NCBI RefSeq assembly: GCF_964213995.1
Contig: NC_135817.1
Coordinates: 48,422,001 to 48,486,000, forward strand
Direction of reading: 5' to 3'
DNA: 64,000 nucleotides
Source of the DNA: Mustelus asterias
Taxonomy: Eukaryota
Below are positions 39,390 to 52,227 of this stretch, piece by piece (position 1 is the first letter of the stretch; each line of letters begins with the position of its first letter). The translations under genes and the position numbers were made by a program. A model generated the notes under the pieces. That model worked only from the letters and a program-made list of their open reading frames with translations. It ran no database searches and was not told the origin of the DNA.

Positions 39390-42100
39390 TTTAGGAGATA
39401 GGAAAGAGACTTGTAAGAAGGTAGTTGCCTCCAGATTATTCCTGGTGCCATAATATAGAAATAGGAAGATAGAACAGATAAATGGGTGTCTGAAAGGCTT
39501 TAGATTCCTGGGATACCGGGACAGGTTCTGGGGGCGATGGGAACACGCAGGTTTTACCTCATCAGGGCCAGGACCAATGTCTGCATGGGATGAATTGCTA
39601 GTGCCATAGGAAAGGTTTAAATTCACTTGGTGGGGGTTGAAGAATGGGAACCAGAAACCATAATATCAGAAGCAATAAAAAGGTACACAAAAGATTGGGA
39701 GAGATAGATAGAACTGGAGTAAGAAATAGTAGGATATTAAGTGCAGTCAGAGGAAATAGAGCAAGATGTAATTCAGATATGCATTTAAATGCATCGAGTG
39801 TGGGAAAGGAGGTTAGTCAGCTGCAGGTGCAACAAGCCACACAGGAATATGATGTTGTGATGAAGACCTGGCTCTAACGGGCAGAATTGGGCACTAAAGA
39901 TTCCTGGTTAAAAATAATCAGGAAAGATAGGAAAGAAAAGGCAGGAGGTGTGACAGTATTGTGGAGAATATCACAGTATTCGAGAGAGGGGATTTCCTGG
40001 AGCAATCAATGACATAATCTATTTGGTTGGAGTTAAGAAACAATAGAGGTGCTAGTACTCTACTGGGTGTATTCTATAGGTCAACAACTGGTGAGAAAGA
40101 TTTAGAGGAGCAAATCTGCAGGCAAATTACAGAGAGGTACAAGACTGTAGTAAGGGGTGGTAATGGCTTAGTGGTATTGTTACTGGACTCATAATCCAGA
40201 AACCCATGGTAATGCTTTGAGGACCCAGGTTCGAATCCCACCATGGCAAATGTTGAGATTTGAATTCAATAAAAATCTGGAATTAAAAGTCTCATGTTAA
40301 CCATTAAACCATTGTCAATTGTCATAAAAACCAACCTGGTTCACTAATATCCTTTAGGGAAGAAATCTACTGTTCTTACCTGGTCTGGCCTACATGAGAC
40401 TCCAGATTCACAGCAATATGGTTGACTCTTAACTGTCCTCTGAAATAACCTAAAAAGTCATTCAGTTCAAGGGCAATTAGGGATGGGGATTAAATGTCAG
40501 TCTTGGCAGTGATGCCCATATCCCATTAACAAATTTAATTACACTAACATAAACTGGGATAGCTATTATGTAAAGAACAGAGGAGGAGGCGAGGAGAATT
40601 TTCTTGATCAGTACATTCCGGATCCAGCGAGAATATGTTTCTGGAGAATGAAGTGTGCAAAGCAGATCAAATGTCAGTTAGGGAATATTTAGGGAACGGT
40701 GATCATAGTATCAAAAGGACAGTGGGCAATCCAGAGTAAAGTTACTCATAGGGTCATGGAAAAAGCCAAAAAGAAATCCAGAGTAAAAATTGGATGACGG
40801 TCAATTTCAATGGGTTGAGAACAGAGCTGTCTCTGGTAAATTGGAATGAAAGATTGGCAGGCACTGACGAAAAGTCATCCAGACTCGAAACGTTAGCTCG
40901 ATTCTCCACAGATGTTGGCAGACCTGCTGAGATTTTCCACCATTTTCTGTTTTAGTTGTTGTAAATTGGAATGAAAGATTGGCAGATCAATGAGCTGATT
41001 TAAAGAGGAGCCGGTTTTGGTATATTCGATGTACATTTGAGGAATAGGTAGGGCAACCAAAACCAGAGCTTCCTGGATTTTTGAAAGAAATACTAAGTAC
41101 TTTGATCAAAAAAGGGTGCATATTGACAAATGTCAGGATGATGATTCAAATGAGAATCAGGCTGACTACAGAAAGATTAATTGCAGGGAAAAGGGGCAAT
41201 GTAGAAGGACAGAACAAAGAGAATGAAGAGGAGACAGGAGACAAAGAGGAATCCAAAAGTTTTCTATAGGGATATAAATAGTAAAAGGGTGGTTAGAGGA
41301 CTGTGACCAATTATGGACCAAAAAGTGGATTGTATGGAGGCAGAGGGTATGGATGAGGTGCTAAATAAGTACTTTGCGCTTGCTTTTACCAAAGAGGAGG
41401 TGGTAATTGAGCGATTGGATTGCTAAAAATGGATAAAGAGCTTTTAGAAAAGTTGACTGTACTTAAAATTGATAAGTTAACAGGACCCGATGACATGCAT
41501 CCTTGGATGTCAAGGGAAGGATAAGCAGAAATTGTGAAGGAGCTGGCCATAAACCTCGAAGCCTCCTTAGATATGGGGGTAGTGCCAGAAGACTGGAGAA
41601 TTTCAAATGTTACATCCTTATTCAAAAAATGGTGCAAGGAAATACCCAGCTATTATAGGTCAGTCAGTTCAACCTTGGTAGTTGGTAAGCTTCTAAAAAT
41701 GATAATCGGGAACAAAATTAACAGTCATCTGAACAAAGGAGGTTAAATTACGGATTTGTTAAAGGTAAATTGTGTTTAACTAACTCAATTGAATTTTTGA
41801 TGAGGTAACAATGAGGGTTGATGAGGGTAATGTGGTTGATGTGGTGTATTTGGACTTTCAAAAGACATTTGATAAAGTGCTTCATAACAGGTTTGTCAGC
41901 AATTTGGAGGCCCATGGAATAAAAGATACAGAGGCAGCATGGATACAAAGGAGCAATAGAGGTAAGCAGCTGTTTCTTGTACTGGAGGTAGGTAAAATGG
42001 TGTTCCTCAGGGATCAGTCCTCAGATTACTGCTTTTCTAAATCGACATTAATGATCTAAACTTGGGCGTCCAGGGCATATTTTCAAAATTTAACATATGG
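39390..42100 (+). mobile_element. Decayed CR1 LINE with nested SINE (40152-40530) and PLE insert
   Basis: EN remnants; GVVPEDWRISNVT and VDVVYLDFQKTFDKV motifs. Confidence 0.85.
40861..40960 (+). mobile_element. 100-bp PLE-derived insertion with hammerhead core
   Basis: CTGACGA (40864-40870)...GAAACGTT (40887-40894); perfect 25-bp flanking duplication at 40836-40860 and 40961-40985. Confidence 0.85.
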
Positions 42101-42204
42101 CAAAATGGTCTAAATGTGATTCCAATGCCTGTCATAGAGGTTAACGAACATTATGTGCACCATAAGACAGCACATTTCCCAATATTAGAGACACCATTTT
42201 AAAA

Positions 42205-42500
42205 ATTCATTCATGGGATGTGGACATCGATGGCTGGACCAGCATTTATTGCCATCGCTAATTGCCCTTAAATTGAGTAGCTTACTAGGCCATTCCAGAG
42301 GGCACTTAAGAGTCATATTTTGAAGTCACATGCAGGCCAGTAGATTTCCTTCTGCAAAGGGCATTAATTGACTAAATGGTTTTTTACAACAATTGACAAT
42401 TAGACTTAACCAGCTTTTTATTGATTCAAAGGTCCCCAGAGCATTAGCCGGGGTCTCTGGATTACTAGTCCAGTAGCAATACCACTACTCCACCGCCTCC
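42205..42500 (-). mobile_element. tRNA-derived SINE (same family as 36955 and 40152 copies)
   Basis: Minus strand reads ggcggtggagtagtggtattgctactggactagtaatccagag. Confidence 0.75.
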
Positions 42501-45500
42501 CTGTAATCTTATTAACTGGATAACTGGCAAAGTTCCCTGAAGGAGAAATTTTTGATGATTTCTAAAAGCCTATCTTGTAGAACAGAGGATTAGAGGTTAA
42601 TGAAACTATTAAGCCATTGCTGTTTAGCACCAGTAAAAGTGATTTGGCCAATCCGATATACTATTTAAAATACAGAGTGTACACAAAATTCACAAAGTTG
42701 GGGTAGTGAAGAAAGGAAGGCAATAAGAAAGAGACAGAGTTACTTTTGCCTGATTCTAAACAGGTCTACTTCCTAATAGAATATGAGCAGAATATTTGGG
42801 ATTGAAACAATGTAGGAGGCCAGGGAAAGTGTAGGTTTGAGTGTAAAAGAGGGAGATCAAGATTAGTTAAACTGCACAAATGAAAGGTATATGCTGCAGA
42901 TCCACTGGACGCTGACATGTTCCCTTCTGTTGTTAAGGATGCTCTTGCAGGCATGCCTTGCATAACCAAACAGGCCCCACTGAAGGGAATGGGTCAGATT
43001 CAAGGCAGTATCAGGGAGACCCTGTCCCACTTTGATATTAACTAGAAAGAGGAGAATCCAGCCCTTTGCATCTATCCATTAACTCAGGGTTTCTGGTTAC
43101 TGTGAGCATAGTCTAGCTTTCGTCACTAGGTATGATCCACATATCTCCTTGCACAGTAACCACTGGCTCGGAATTATGGAGCATTGCTTCTTCAGTGACC
43201 ACATTTACAAAATACAATCCAGAATACAGTCTTCATCCTCTCTTATGGCTGTGGAGTATGGCCAATTGATCCTTGAGCACAATGATCCTTTGTGTCCAGA
43301 AGCTCGACTTTCTGATGGGAAATGTGCTGATGGTGGATACACTGACATGAGAGCTGACATATTAAATTCCACTGTGCTATTAAGGCTGTACTGGCCTTTG
43401 GATCACAAATTGTTAACTCCCCAAAATGTATGAACTATCTGTGATATTGTTCAGGTCAAACTGGTTGGCATAACAGCACCCTCAGAATCTTGGATAATGG
43501 ATTAGTTTGAGGTATGGGAATCATCACTACACTTCTTATATTTGCATTAGTAATATTAAAATTAACACATACACAAGACACACGAGGAAGGGAAACTCCT
43601 TACTCAAGATTTGATTGGAAGTGCAGTGAGACAACGCTCAACAGGGAGCTAGGAGAGGCAGGTTTTAAACTTACCCTGTGATGGAATAAATGCAGTACAC
43701 AGATTTGAGAGGCCGGAGCAGTGTAACATTAATAAGAGTTTAGTTTTCTCTACAGTCAGTGGAAAGCTACAAAAGACTCAAAGCAGAAGAATGAATGGAT
43801 GTAGTTTGAAGTGTTCAAGGTTACTGGCAGCTAATTTCAGAGATTATTAGTTTTTGTAAGTTACGTTTCTCTTAGTCTCGAGGCAGAATTTTCCAGTTTT
43901 GTGACCAATTGCGGTTGTTCCGGCAGCGACCTTCCTGCTGGCCAGAATGGGGAAACTTGCGCCCGATTCCAAGCTTGGAAGCTAATTAATTATGCACAGG
44001 CAAGTATTGGGTTGAATCACTTGGAGGGCTGGGAGCTGATATGTCTGCCTGCCATCAGCTGGCGGGTTGAAAGGTCCTGGTGTCATATTTAAATGCCAGT
44101 TCAACACACACATCCCACTCTCTCCAGCCCACATCTTCACAGAAAGTCAAATATGTCCTCAAGCCTGAAGTAAAAGGCTAGAAGCCTCTAGAAGAAGGAT
44201 GCACCCCAATACAGCCACCTGGCCTCTGAGGTCTTGATCAGATGAGTCCGAGCACAAAGGCCCAGGGATGGTTCGAGGAAGCATAAAAACCTCACATCTC
44301 TGGCCCTGGAAGTTGTTGCCCAAGAGGTAAATGCATGTTTTTTTTTTACAGGGGAGGCCGAGACCACTGCCCTGATCAAATCTGAGGAGGCTGCAGCTGA
44401 ACTTGCTAGGGAGGACAGGGAACACTCCTGTGGGGAAGGGGAGATTGGCCTCTCCCAACAACCTGGTACAGATCACAGCTCCACCAATTCATCAAATCCC
44501 GACAACCACATTGAGTCACATGTAGTTTTTTTTTACCGCTTATGGTTATCAACTAAAACTCTATTCTTCATTTATAGGCACCAGTAGATCCAGACCTTCC
44601 ACGCAGCTGAGCAGCACTCTGTCCCAGAGCATGTTTGAGGATGAAGAGGCCCACAAAGAACTGTCACAGAAACACTCATCTTGGGTGGGATGAAGCTCTA
44701 GATTAGACTCAGGGTCACTTTCTGAAGAACACTTCACTGGCACGTCCCGGCAACAGTCAGAGGCAAGGACAGCCCAGGTCTCCTCTGCCACTCATAGGGC
44801 TGTTGGAGACCAGCCACCTGCTTAGTCCCAGCAGATGATGAACTCATGATGAAGCAGCTGCCAACTCAATGCTGGAGATGCAACGACAGGCAGTGGAACA
44901 TCTGGCAGTGATTCGGCAATAACACAGCAGATTAGAATGTACGATGGAGAAATTTGTCCTCATTCTGTCTGATGTCATGGTTCCAAAATGCAAATGCCAC
45001 GAGGTGATCACGGGAATGTTGGTGAGCACCATGGAGACTTTGGTCTAGTAGGTCTTGCCCAGTTTGTGCTCAGCCCTGCACTCCATGGTCTCACACTCTG
45101 GTGGGCACCATCAGGATGTAGGTGACATGAGGATGAGGCACCTTGATCTCCCACCAAGCACAACAGCTCCTGCAGGAGTCAGGCCCTTGAGCACCCACAG
45201 TGAGGCTGAGTGTCAGCCGGACTTCCTGGGACTTATTCTGAAGACACCCTAAGGGTATGCAGCTGCTTATAATTCTGTGCCCACACCCATCAGTAGGCAC
45301 GCTTCTGTCACTGAGCAGGAGACCCTTATCAGATTGGGGCTCTCTGGACTTTGGGCCACCAGAGGACATCACCAAGGTCATCACAGCAACAGGATGTAGC
45401 AGTGAGAAGGCTGCCTCCACTTCTGCTGTGGATGTCAGGGCTGCATCTAGGCAGAGCAGTACTGCTTAGGAAGGTAAAATTTTGATGTCAACTCTGGTTC

Positions 45501-46142
45501 ACGGGTGTGCAATCATTGTAAATAAATTGCGCTTTTGTGAAATCATTTGATGGGTGTGTGAATGTTCTGGTCAACTGAAGGTGTAACTGAAGGTACACTG
45601 GAATCCTCTTGTGAGATTTAGCCTCCCACTCAGTGATAGCGTCCCACTCTGAGATGAACATTCATGTGATGCCAACCTCAGTTGGAATGGTCTCCGTATC
45701 CTTGGTGTGTTGTCAGGTGATGTGTTTAAATCTTTATTAAAAGCATGGTTGGAACCATTTCTTACCCTTCTTCCTCAAGGAACACCATTGAGTGAGGGCA
45801 GCTTATCAACAATACAATAGCGGCATTTGGGTCTCCTCAGTCCAAACAAAAGACATGCACTTTGGGATGAAACCAGTGAATTATGCGTCTCCCTTTAACA
45901 GTGCTAATGAGAGGATTGGCTTTCAGTTATTTCCTGGGCAAAGGTGTCTTCCTCATCATAACAGACCGGATTCCTGTCTGCTCTTGCTGCACCATAAGAT
46001 TAGAAGGTGCCCTATAGATCAGCATAGCAGTCCCCTTATACTGCCTTAACCTTCCCGGACAGAATTGCTGTTACTTCTGTTTTCACTGAACACCATTACT
46101 CTGAGTCTGCAAAATGGTGCTGCTATACCTGTACTTCAGGGC

Positions 46143-46647
46143 CATAGAATCATAGAGTTACAGCATGGAAACAGGCCCTTCGGCCCAACTTGTCCATGCT
46201 GCCCTTTTAAAAAAAAAAAACCCGTAAGCTACTCCCAATTGCCCGCATTTGGCCCATATCTCTCTATACTCATTGCACCCATGTAACTATCTAAATGCTT
46301 TTTAAAAGACAAAATTGTACCCGCTTCTACTACTACCTCTGGCAGCTTGTTCCAGACACTCACTACCCTGTGTGAGAAAAAATTGTCCCTCTGGACACTT
46401 TTGTATCTCTCCCCTCTCACCTTAAACCTATGCCCTCTAGTTTTAGACTCCCCTACCTTTGGGAAAAGATATTGACTATCTTGCTGATCTGTGCCCCTCA
46501 TTATTTTATAGACCTCTATAAGAACACCCCTCAGCCTCCTACGCTCTAGAGAAAAAAGTGCCAGTCTATCCAGCCTCTCCTTATAACTCAATCCATCAAG
46601 TCCTGGTAGCATCCTAGTAAATCTTTTCTGCACTCTTTCTAGTTTAA
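46143..46647 (-). mobile_element. CR1 3' fragment
   Basis: ORF 46229-46633 (QKRFTRMLPGL...FFSHRVVSVWNKLP); (ATTCTATG)n tail. Confidence 0.92.
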
Positions 46648-47599
46648 TTCAATTTAGCTCAATGTTCCCTCCCTCACTGTCCATGTGCTTCAGATTTATC
46701 TCGAGCCTCACAATGTGAAGGTAAAGTTAACTCCTGTTATTCTGCATCCACCCTCAATAATACTGGATCCCATTGCTGTTGTGGTAGATAGTCACATCTT
46801 CCCCACTGAGCCCATTACCTGCAAAGTGCTCACGCTCTACCCACTCCATCTGAGAGCACGGTCACCTCCTGAGGTGCCCACCCCATGAGAGCTTCACATA
46901 CCCATCCCTTTATTATATCTTCCCTTTCTAGAGGCTGTAGATGCCTCCAGTGACCGTCACTCTTCCCTCTACAGCCCAGTATAGAGTCCGATTATTCTAG
47001 GGACAGCGACAGTCCTACACACCAAGCTGTGCTTTTTTTCCCCTGTTGGAACACACAATCCTAGCCCGTCCCTGAAACTTGGGTATACTGTGCTCCTAAT
47101 AATTGCTGCTGATGCATGTCCGCTGCATTTCTGCATTGTCTCCTATCTTTAACTTTTGATTATGAGTTCCACCTAGTCCCTGGACTGCCCGTAATCTGAG
47201 ACTCCTCTCTGTTTCACAACAGGATTGTCTGCATTCTTTGACTGAAAGCCCCTGACCAAAGACTTTAACCTTCACAGATGGCTAAGGATGATAGTGTCCT
47301 TCTCAAATCACACTCTCCTCAACATCTGTAACTTCTGTCTTTGTGCAAATCATTCCTAACGTGCCACATTAACAATTCCATGAAATCAGGACATTGAATT
47401 TGATGATCAGCCATGATCATAATGAATGCCAGAGCAGGCTCAAAGGGCTGAATGGAATACTCCTGCTTCCAGTATAGATATTTCTATTCCAGAGTCTGAC
47501 TGCATCCTCTTCCAGTGAAAGATGCAATAACCCTTTCACCCTTTTGTTTGTTTGTGTTTAATGCACCATTGTTGGGGTCCAGTTTTCCACCCCTTAGTC

Positions 47600-49420
47600 T
47601 TCGATTTGATTTATTATTGACACATGTATTAGTGTATGCTGTATTAGTATACGGTGACACTGTTTACACTTGTCACATGTATTATACAGTGAAAAGTATT
47701 GTTTCTTGCGTACTCTACAGACAAAGCATACTGTACATAGGGAAGGAAAGGAGAGTGCAGAATTAAGTGTTACAGTGATAGTTTAGGGTGTAGAGAAAGA
47801 TCAACTTAATGCGAGGTAGGCGCCCCAGACATTCTCTCTTTCACCTTCTGTCGGGAAAAAGACACAAAAGTCTGAGATCACGTACCAACCGACTCAAAAA
47901 CAGCTTCTTCCCTGCTGCCATCAGAATTTTGAATGGATCTATCTCGCATTAAGTTGATCTTTCTCTAACTATGACTGTAACACTATATTCTGCACTCTCT
48001 CCTTCCCTATGTACGATATGCTTTATCTGTATAGTGCGCAAGAAACAATACTTTTCACTGTGTACTAATACATGTGACAAGTGTAAACAGTGTCAATGGA
48101 TGGGAGGCTGGTTTGAGTGATGGACTGGGCTTCATTCATGACCCTTTGTAGTTTATTGTGGTCTTGGGCAGAGCAGGGGCCGTACCAAGCTGTGATACAA
48201 CCAGAAAGAATGCTGTCTATGATGCATCTGTAAAAGTTGGTGAGAGTTGTAGCAGACATGCCAAATTTCCTTAGTCTCCTGAGAAAGTAGAGGCATTGGT
48301 GGGCTTTCTTAACAATAGAGTCCACATGGAGGGACCAGAACAGGCTGTTGGTGATCTGGACACCTAAAAACTTGAAGCTGTCGACCATTTCTACTTCAGC
48401 CCCACTGATGTAGACAGGGGCATGTTCTCCACTACGCTTCCTGAAGTCGATGACTATCGCCTTCATTTTGTTGACATTGAGGGAGAGATTATTGTCATCG
48501 CACCAGTTCATCAGATTCTCTATCTCTTTCCTGTACTGTGTCTTGTCATTGTTTAAGACCCATAATGATGGTGTCATCAGCAAACTTGAAAATCAAGTTG
48601 GAGGGGAATTTGGCCATACAGTCAGAGGTGTATATGGAGTACAGTAAGGGCTGAGAGCACAGCCTTGCGGAGCACCAGTGTTGAAGATGATCATGGAGGA
48701 GGTGTTGTTGCCTATCCTTACTGACTGTGGTCTGTGCATTAGGAAGTCTAGGATCCAGTTGTGCAGGGAGGAGCTGAGCCCCAGGCCACAGAGTTTGGAG
48801 ATGCGTCTCATAGGAATAATGATGTTAAAGGCTGAGCTGTAGTCTATGAATAAGAGTCTGACATAGGTGCCTTTGTTATCTAGGTGTTCCAGGGTTGAGT
48901 GTAGGGCCAGCAAGATGGTGTCTGCTGTGGACCTGCTGGTAGCAGGACCCTACCTGCTGTTGCGGTGATAGGCGAACTGTAGTAAATCCAGGCAGTCTGA
49001 GAGGCAGGAACGGATTGGTGCCATGACTAACCTTTCGAAGCACTTGATAGTGGTGGATGTCAGAGCCACCAGACAATAGTCATTAATGCACGTTGCCTGG
49101 CTTTCTTTGGTTCCCGGAATGATGGTCATCTTCTTGAAGCAGGTAGGGACCTCAGATTGGTGTAAAGAGAGGTTGAAGATGTCTGCGAATATCCCCGCCA
49201 GCTGGTCTGTGCAGGATCATCCAGATACCCATCTGGGTCAGTTGCTTTCTGTGGGTTGACTTTTGAGAATGTTTCTCTGACGTCGGCAATAGTGACCTCG
49301 GGTACAGGTTCGTCCGAGGCTTCTGAGATGGAGGGCTCTCGCTGACCTCTTGCTCACAAGAGGCATAGAATGCATTGATATCATCAGGGAGGGATATAGG
49401 GTTTCCTCTGCCTTCCATTG
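47600..49420 (-). mobile_element. Rex1/Babar-type LINE with rearranged 3' end
   Basis: [37 protein letters not shown] and CLYFLRRLRKFG motifs. Confidence 0.88.
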
Positions 49421-50424
49421 TTCATTGTCCTCCTCCACCTCTTTGCCCCTGCCTTCCATCATGCCCCCTTGCCCTTCTCCTACCAACTGCCCTTGCACAG
49501 CTTTCCTTTGCCATTGCCCCCTGGTCTTCGTCAGCCCCACCCTCACTTCATACCCAGCCCCGGATGAACTTTGAGTCGGTCAAAGTGGAGGTTGCACAAG
49601 TCCCACAGCACGGTGTCATCCTTGTAGACAATAGTGTCAGGCACCTGGAGCAGAAGACCTCTGCACTCCCTAGACCCCTGTGCAGTACTGGTGACCCCTG
49701 CGCAGTACTGGTCAGTGAAGGATGCAGAGTCTCTCATTAAAGTGATGTCCTTGCTGACAACTTTGGCCAAAAGCAGGAGGGCACCAATGCTTCAGCCCCA
49801 GCAGTGTGGCATTGAATGTAACAAGAGTGGTACAGCACTATGGCAGGTAGGCTATGTATGCACTCACCTTGGAGTCATGAACTAACTATGGTCCGACTTG
49901 TACATGCTACACATTTTCAAACAGGTTTGAGGCTGACGTAATTTCATGCTGGGTGATGTAGAATTTGAAGGCATGCTCAGATTCCGGCGAGCAGCTGTTT
50001 TAATGAGCATTCATGAGATGCAAAAAGGATTCACACCACCAGGCAGCAGGATAACTAGCCTGCCATTAACCCACTACTGGGAGAATAGCAAACTGCTTTT
50101 AAACTGGTGGTTTCCAACTTTTTGCTTGCTGCTAGATTCTCCACTCCAATCTGCCACAGCACCTGCTGCATGCGGGAGTGGAAAATTCCGCCCTCAAGAG
50201 TTAGAGTGACGCAGTTTGATATCTTCCAGGTTATTAAGTGCAATGGGAAATAGATTGAATTTCGCAGAAAATGATCTTTTATCCAATAAAATACGAGATG
50301 TTAAATAATATAATTGGTTGGTTCATAATGCACCTTTCACTTAGTATGATGTTGGATCAGCCTACCACTGGAAAGATTGGAGAAATATATGTGGTATTGT
50401 AGTAGCCAGTACACATGATGGGTT

Positions 50425-50792
50425 ATAGAGTCCATTGAATCCCTGCAGTGCAGGAGGAGGCCATTCGACCTATCAAGTCTGCACCGACACTCCAAAAGAG
50501 CATCTTACCCAGCCTCCCCGCCCCCACAGCTCTATCCCCGTAACCCCACACATGTACCATGTTTTATCCACCTAACCTACACATCTTTGGACACCAAGGA
50601 ACAATTTAACGTGGCCAATCCACCTAACCTGCACACCTTTGGACAGTGGGAGGAAACTGGAACATCTGGAGGAAACCCACGCAGACACGGAAGAACGTGC
50701 AAACTCCACGCGGTCACCCAAGACCAGAATTAAACCTGGGTCCCTAGCGCTGTGAGGTAGCAGTGCTAACCACTGAACCACCATGTTGCCCA
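50425..50792 (-). mobile_element. V-SINE/HE1-like SINE
   Basis: Reverse complement of gtggttagcactgct.cctcacagcgc.agggac head and conserved core. Confidence 0.85.
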
Positions 50793-51177
50793 ATGTTGTG
50801 TCCTCTGGATTGCACTATTGATTCACTTGCTTGACAGTAAACATATGCTCCTATGTGGAATAGATATGGGGTCTTCTTAGAGTGGGGAGGGCAAAATTGG
50901 TGACACTAAGCCAAAGTGACAATTGCGAGTAAAACTTGCTTACATTTCCCCTAATAACTTGTTAAATATACATCAATAATACTTGTGCTCTGTAAGGTGT
51001 CAAATATCAAACTTGTATCAATGGATAATTTGGATAAAAAGCAGAAAAAGTAAACTCAACCAGTCAATCTGACGTGATTTACATGTTGACCTGAGCTGAA
51101 AGTCCTCACATCCCTAATATTCAGACAGGATACAAGTCCAGAGCATTAAAAAAATCAAACTTAATATTGGCCTCCTA

Positions 51178-51315
<138 letters not shown>

Positions 51316-51658
51316 TTAGGCATAGGAAAATTTAATTTCCATTTGCATAAATCAACCCCTTCCCTTTCTAGAAATGCATCCAATAGTCTCATGAACCTAT
51401 ATATAGCGTCTGGTTTAATGGTTTTCTTTAGCAACTTATTCCATAACTCTATTGTCCCATGTGTGAGGAGGTTTTCCCTGACTCGTTTTGCCTTATACTT
51501 CTTTGCTCTTTATAACTCTGTCCCTTGGTGGCATAGGGCAAAACACTGATGGAAAAATTATGGACCAAATGTTGCCTCCAGAAATATAAATACAACTTTA
51601 ATTCCATGGAGTGGTGATAGATAAATTTGTGGACGCATATAGATTTCTTAATTCTTAC

Positions 51659-51737
51659 CTTGTCGATGGATCATTCCTCCATGCATTATCCTTGCAACGA
51701 TACAATGGTTCAACTCATTCATTTTTAAAGTGATCCC
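51659..51737 (-). CDS. CASK: CASK exon (ex16 eq.), PDZ
   Basis: GITLKMNELNHCIVARIMHGGMIHRQ(G); ctag|...|gtaag; 79 nt, phase 0-1. Confidence 0.97.
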
Positions 51738-52227
51738 CTAGGTGAAGGAACATATTGAAAATTAACATGACACATACTAGATTTAATTAATTAGAAATAT
51801 AACAGTCATATACAAACCTTTATCAAAGTTAAATGTTTTGTCTTATACAAACATTAAATCCGTGATGTATTCAAATGAATTTTCTAGTTGGCAAAAACAG
51901 TACCTGCATTCTATATATAGAGATACATCTCAAGATAGAAATGGAGATAGATGATGATAGTGAAAGAAAAAGATAGCTGATGATAATGAAAAGTGATAGA
52001 ACAAAGAAAGAGTAAGGGATGACATGCTTCGTCAAGAGCAGCGGGCTTCAGTGATCAGCTACACTGAGTTGTCTGGGTTGAGGAGCCATGTGACTTTGCT
52101 TCCTCCCTCTTTGTGGGAAGTACATATTTCCTGCTTAGGGATTCCCCAAAATGGCATAAGGGAAGATTGGGAGCTTGCTGTCCATGCTGGAAACTCTCAT
52201 TCTATCACTGTGGTCAGACACAAGATA

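Larger units (their letters stand above)
43881..50194. mobile_element. Decayed PIF/Harbinger-like DNA transposon containing nested LINEs
   Basis: TIRs aggcagaattttcc / ggaaaattccgccc (12/14); 3-bp flanks TCG/TCA; Myb/SANT-like remnants near 44200 (WEVVAQEVNA-like). Confidence 0.6.

Noticed and set aside
49673-49712. 20-bp tandem duplication gacccctgYgcagtactggt
   Set aside because: Two copies inside a decayed transposon; no sign of function.
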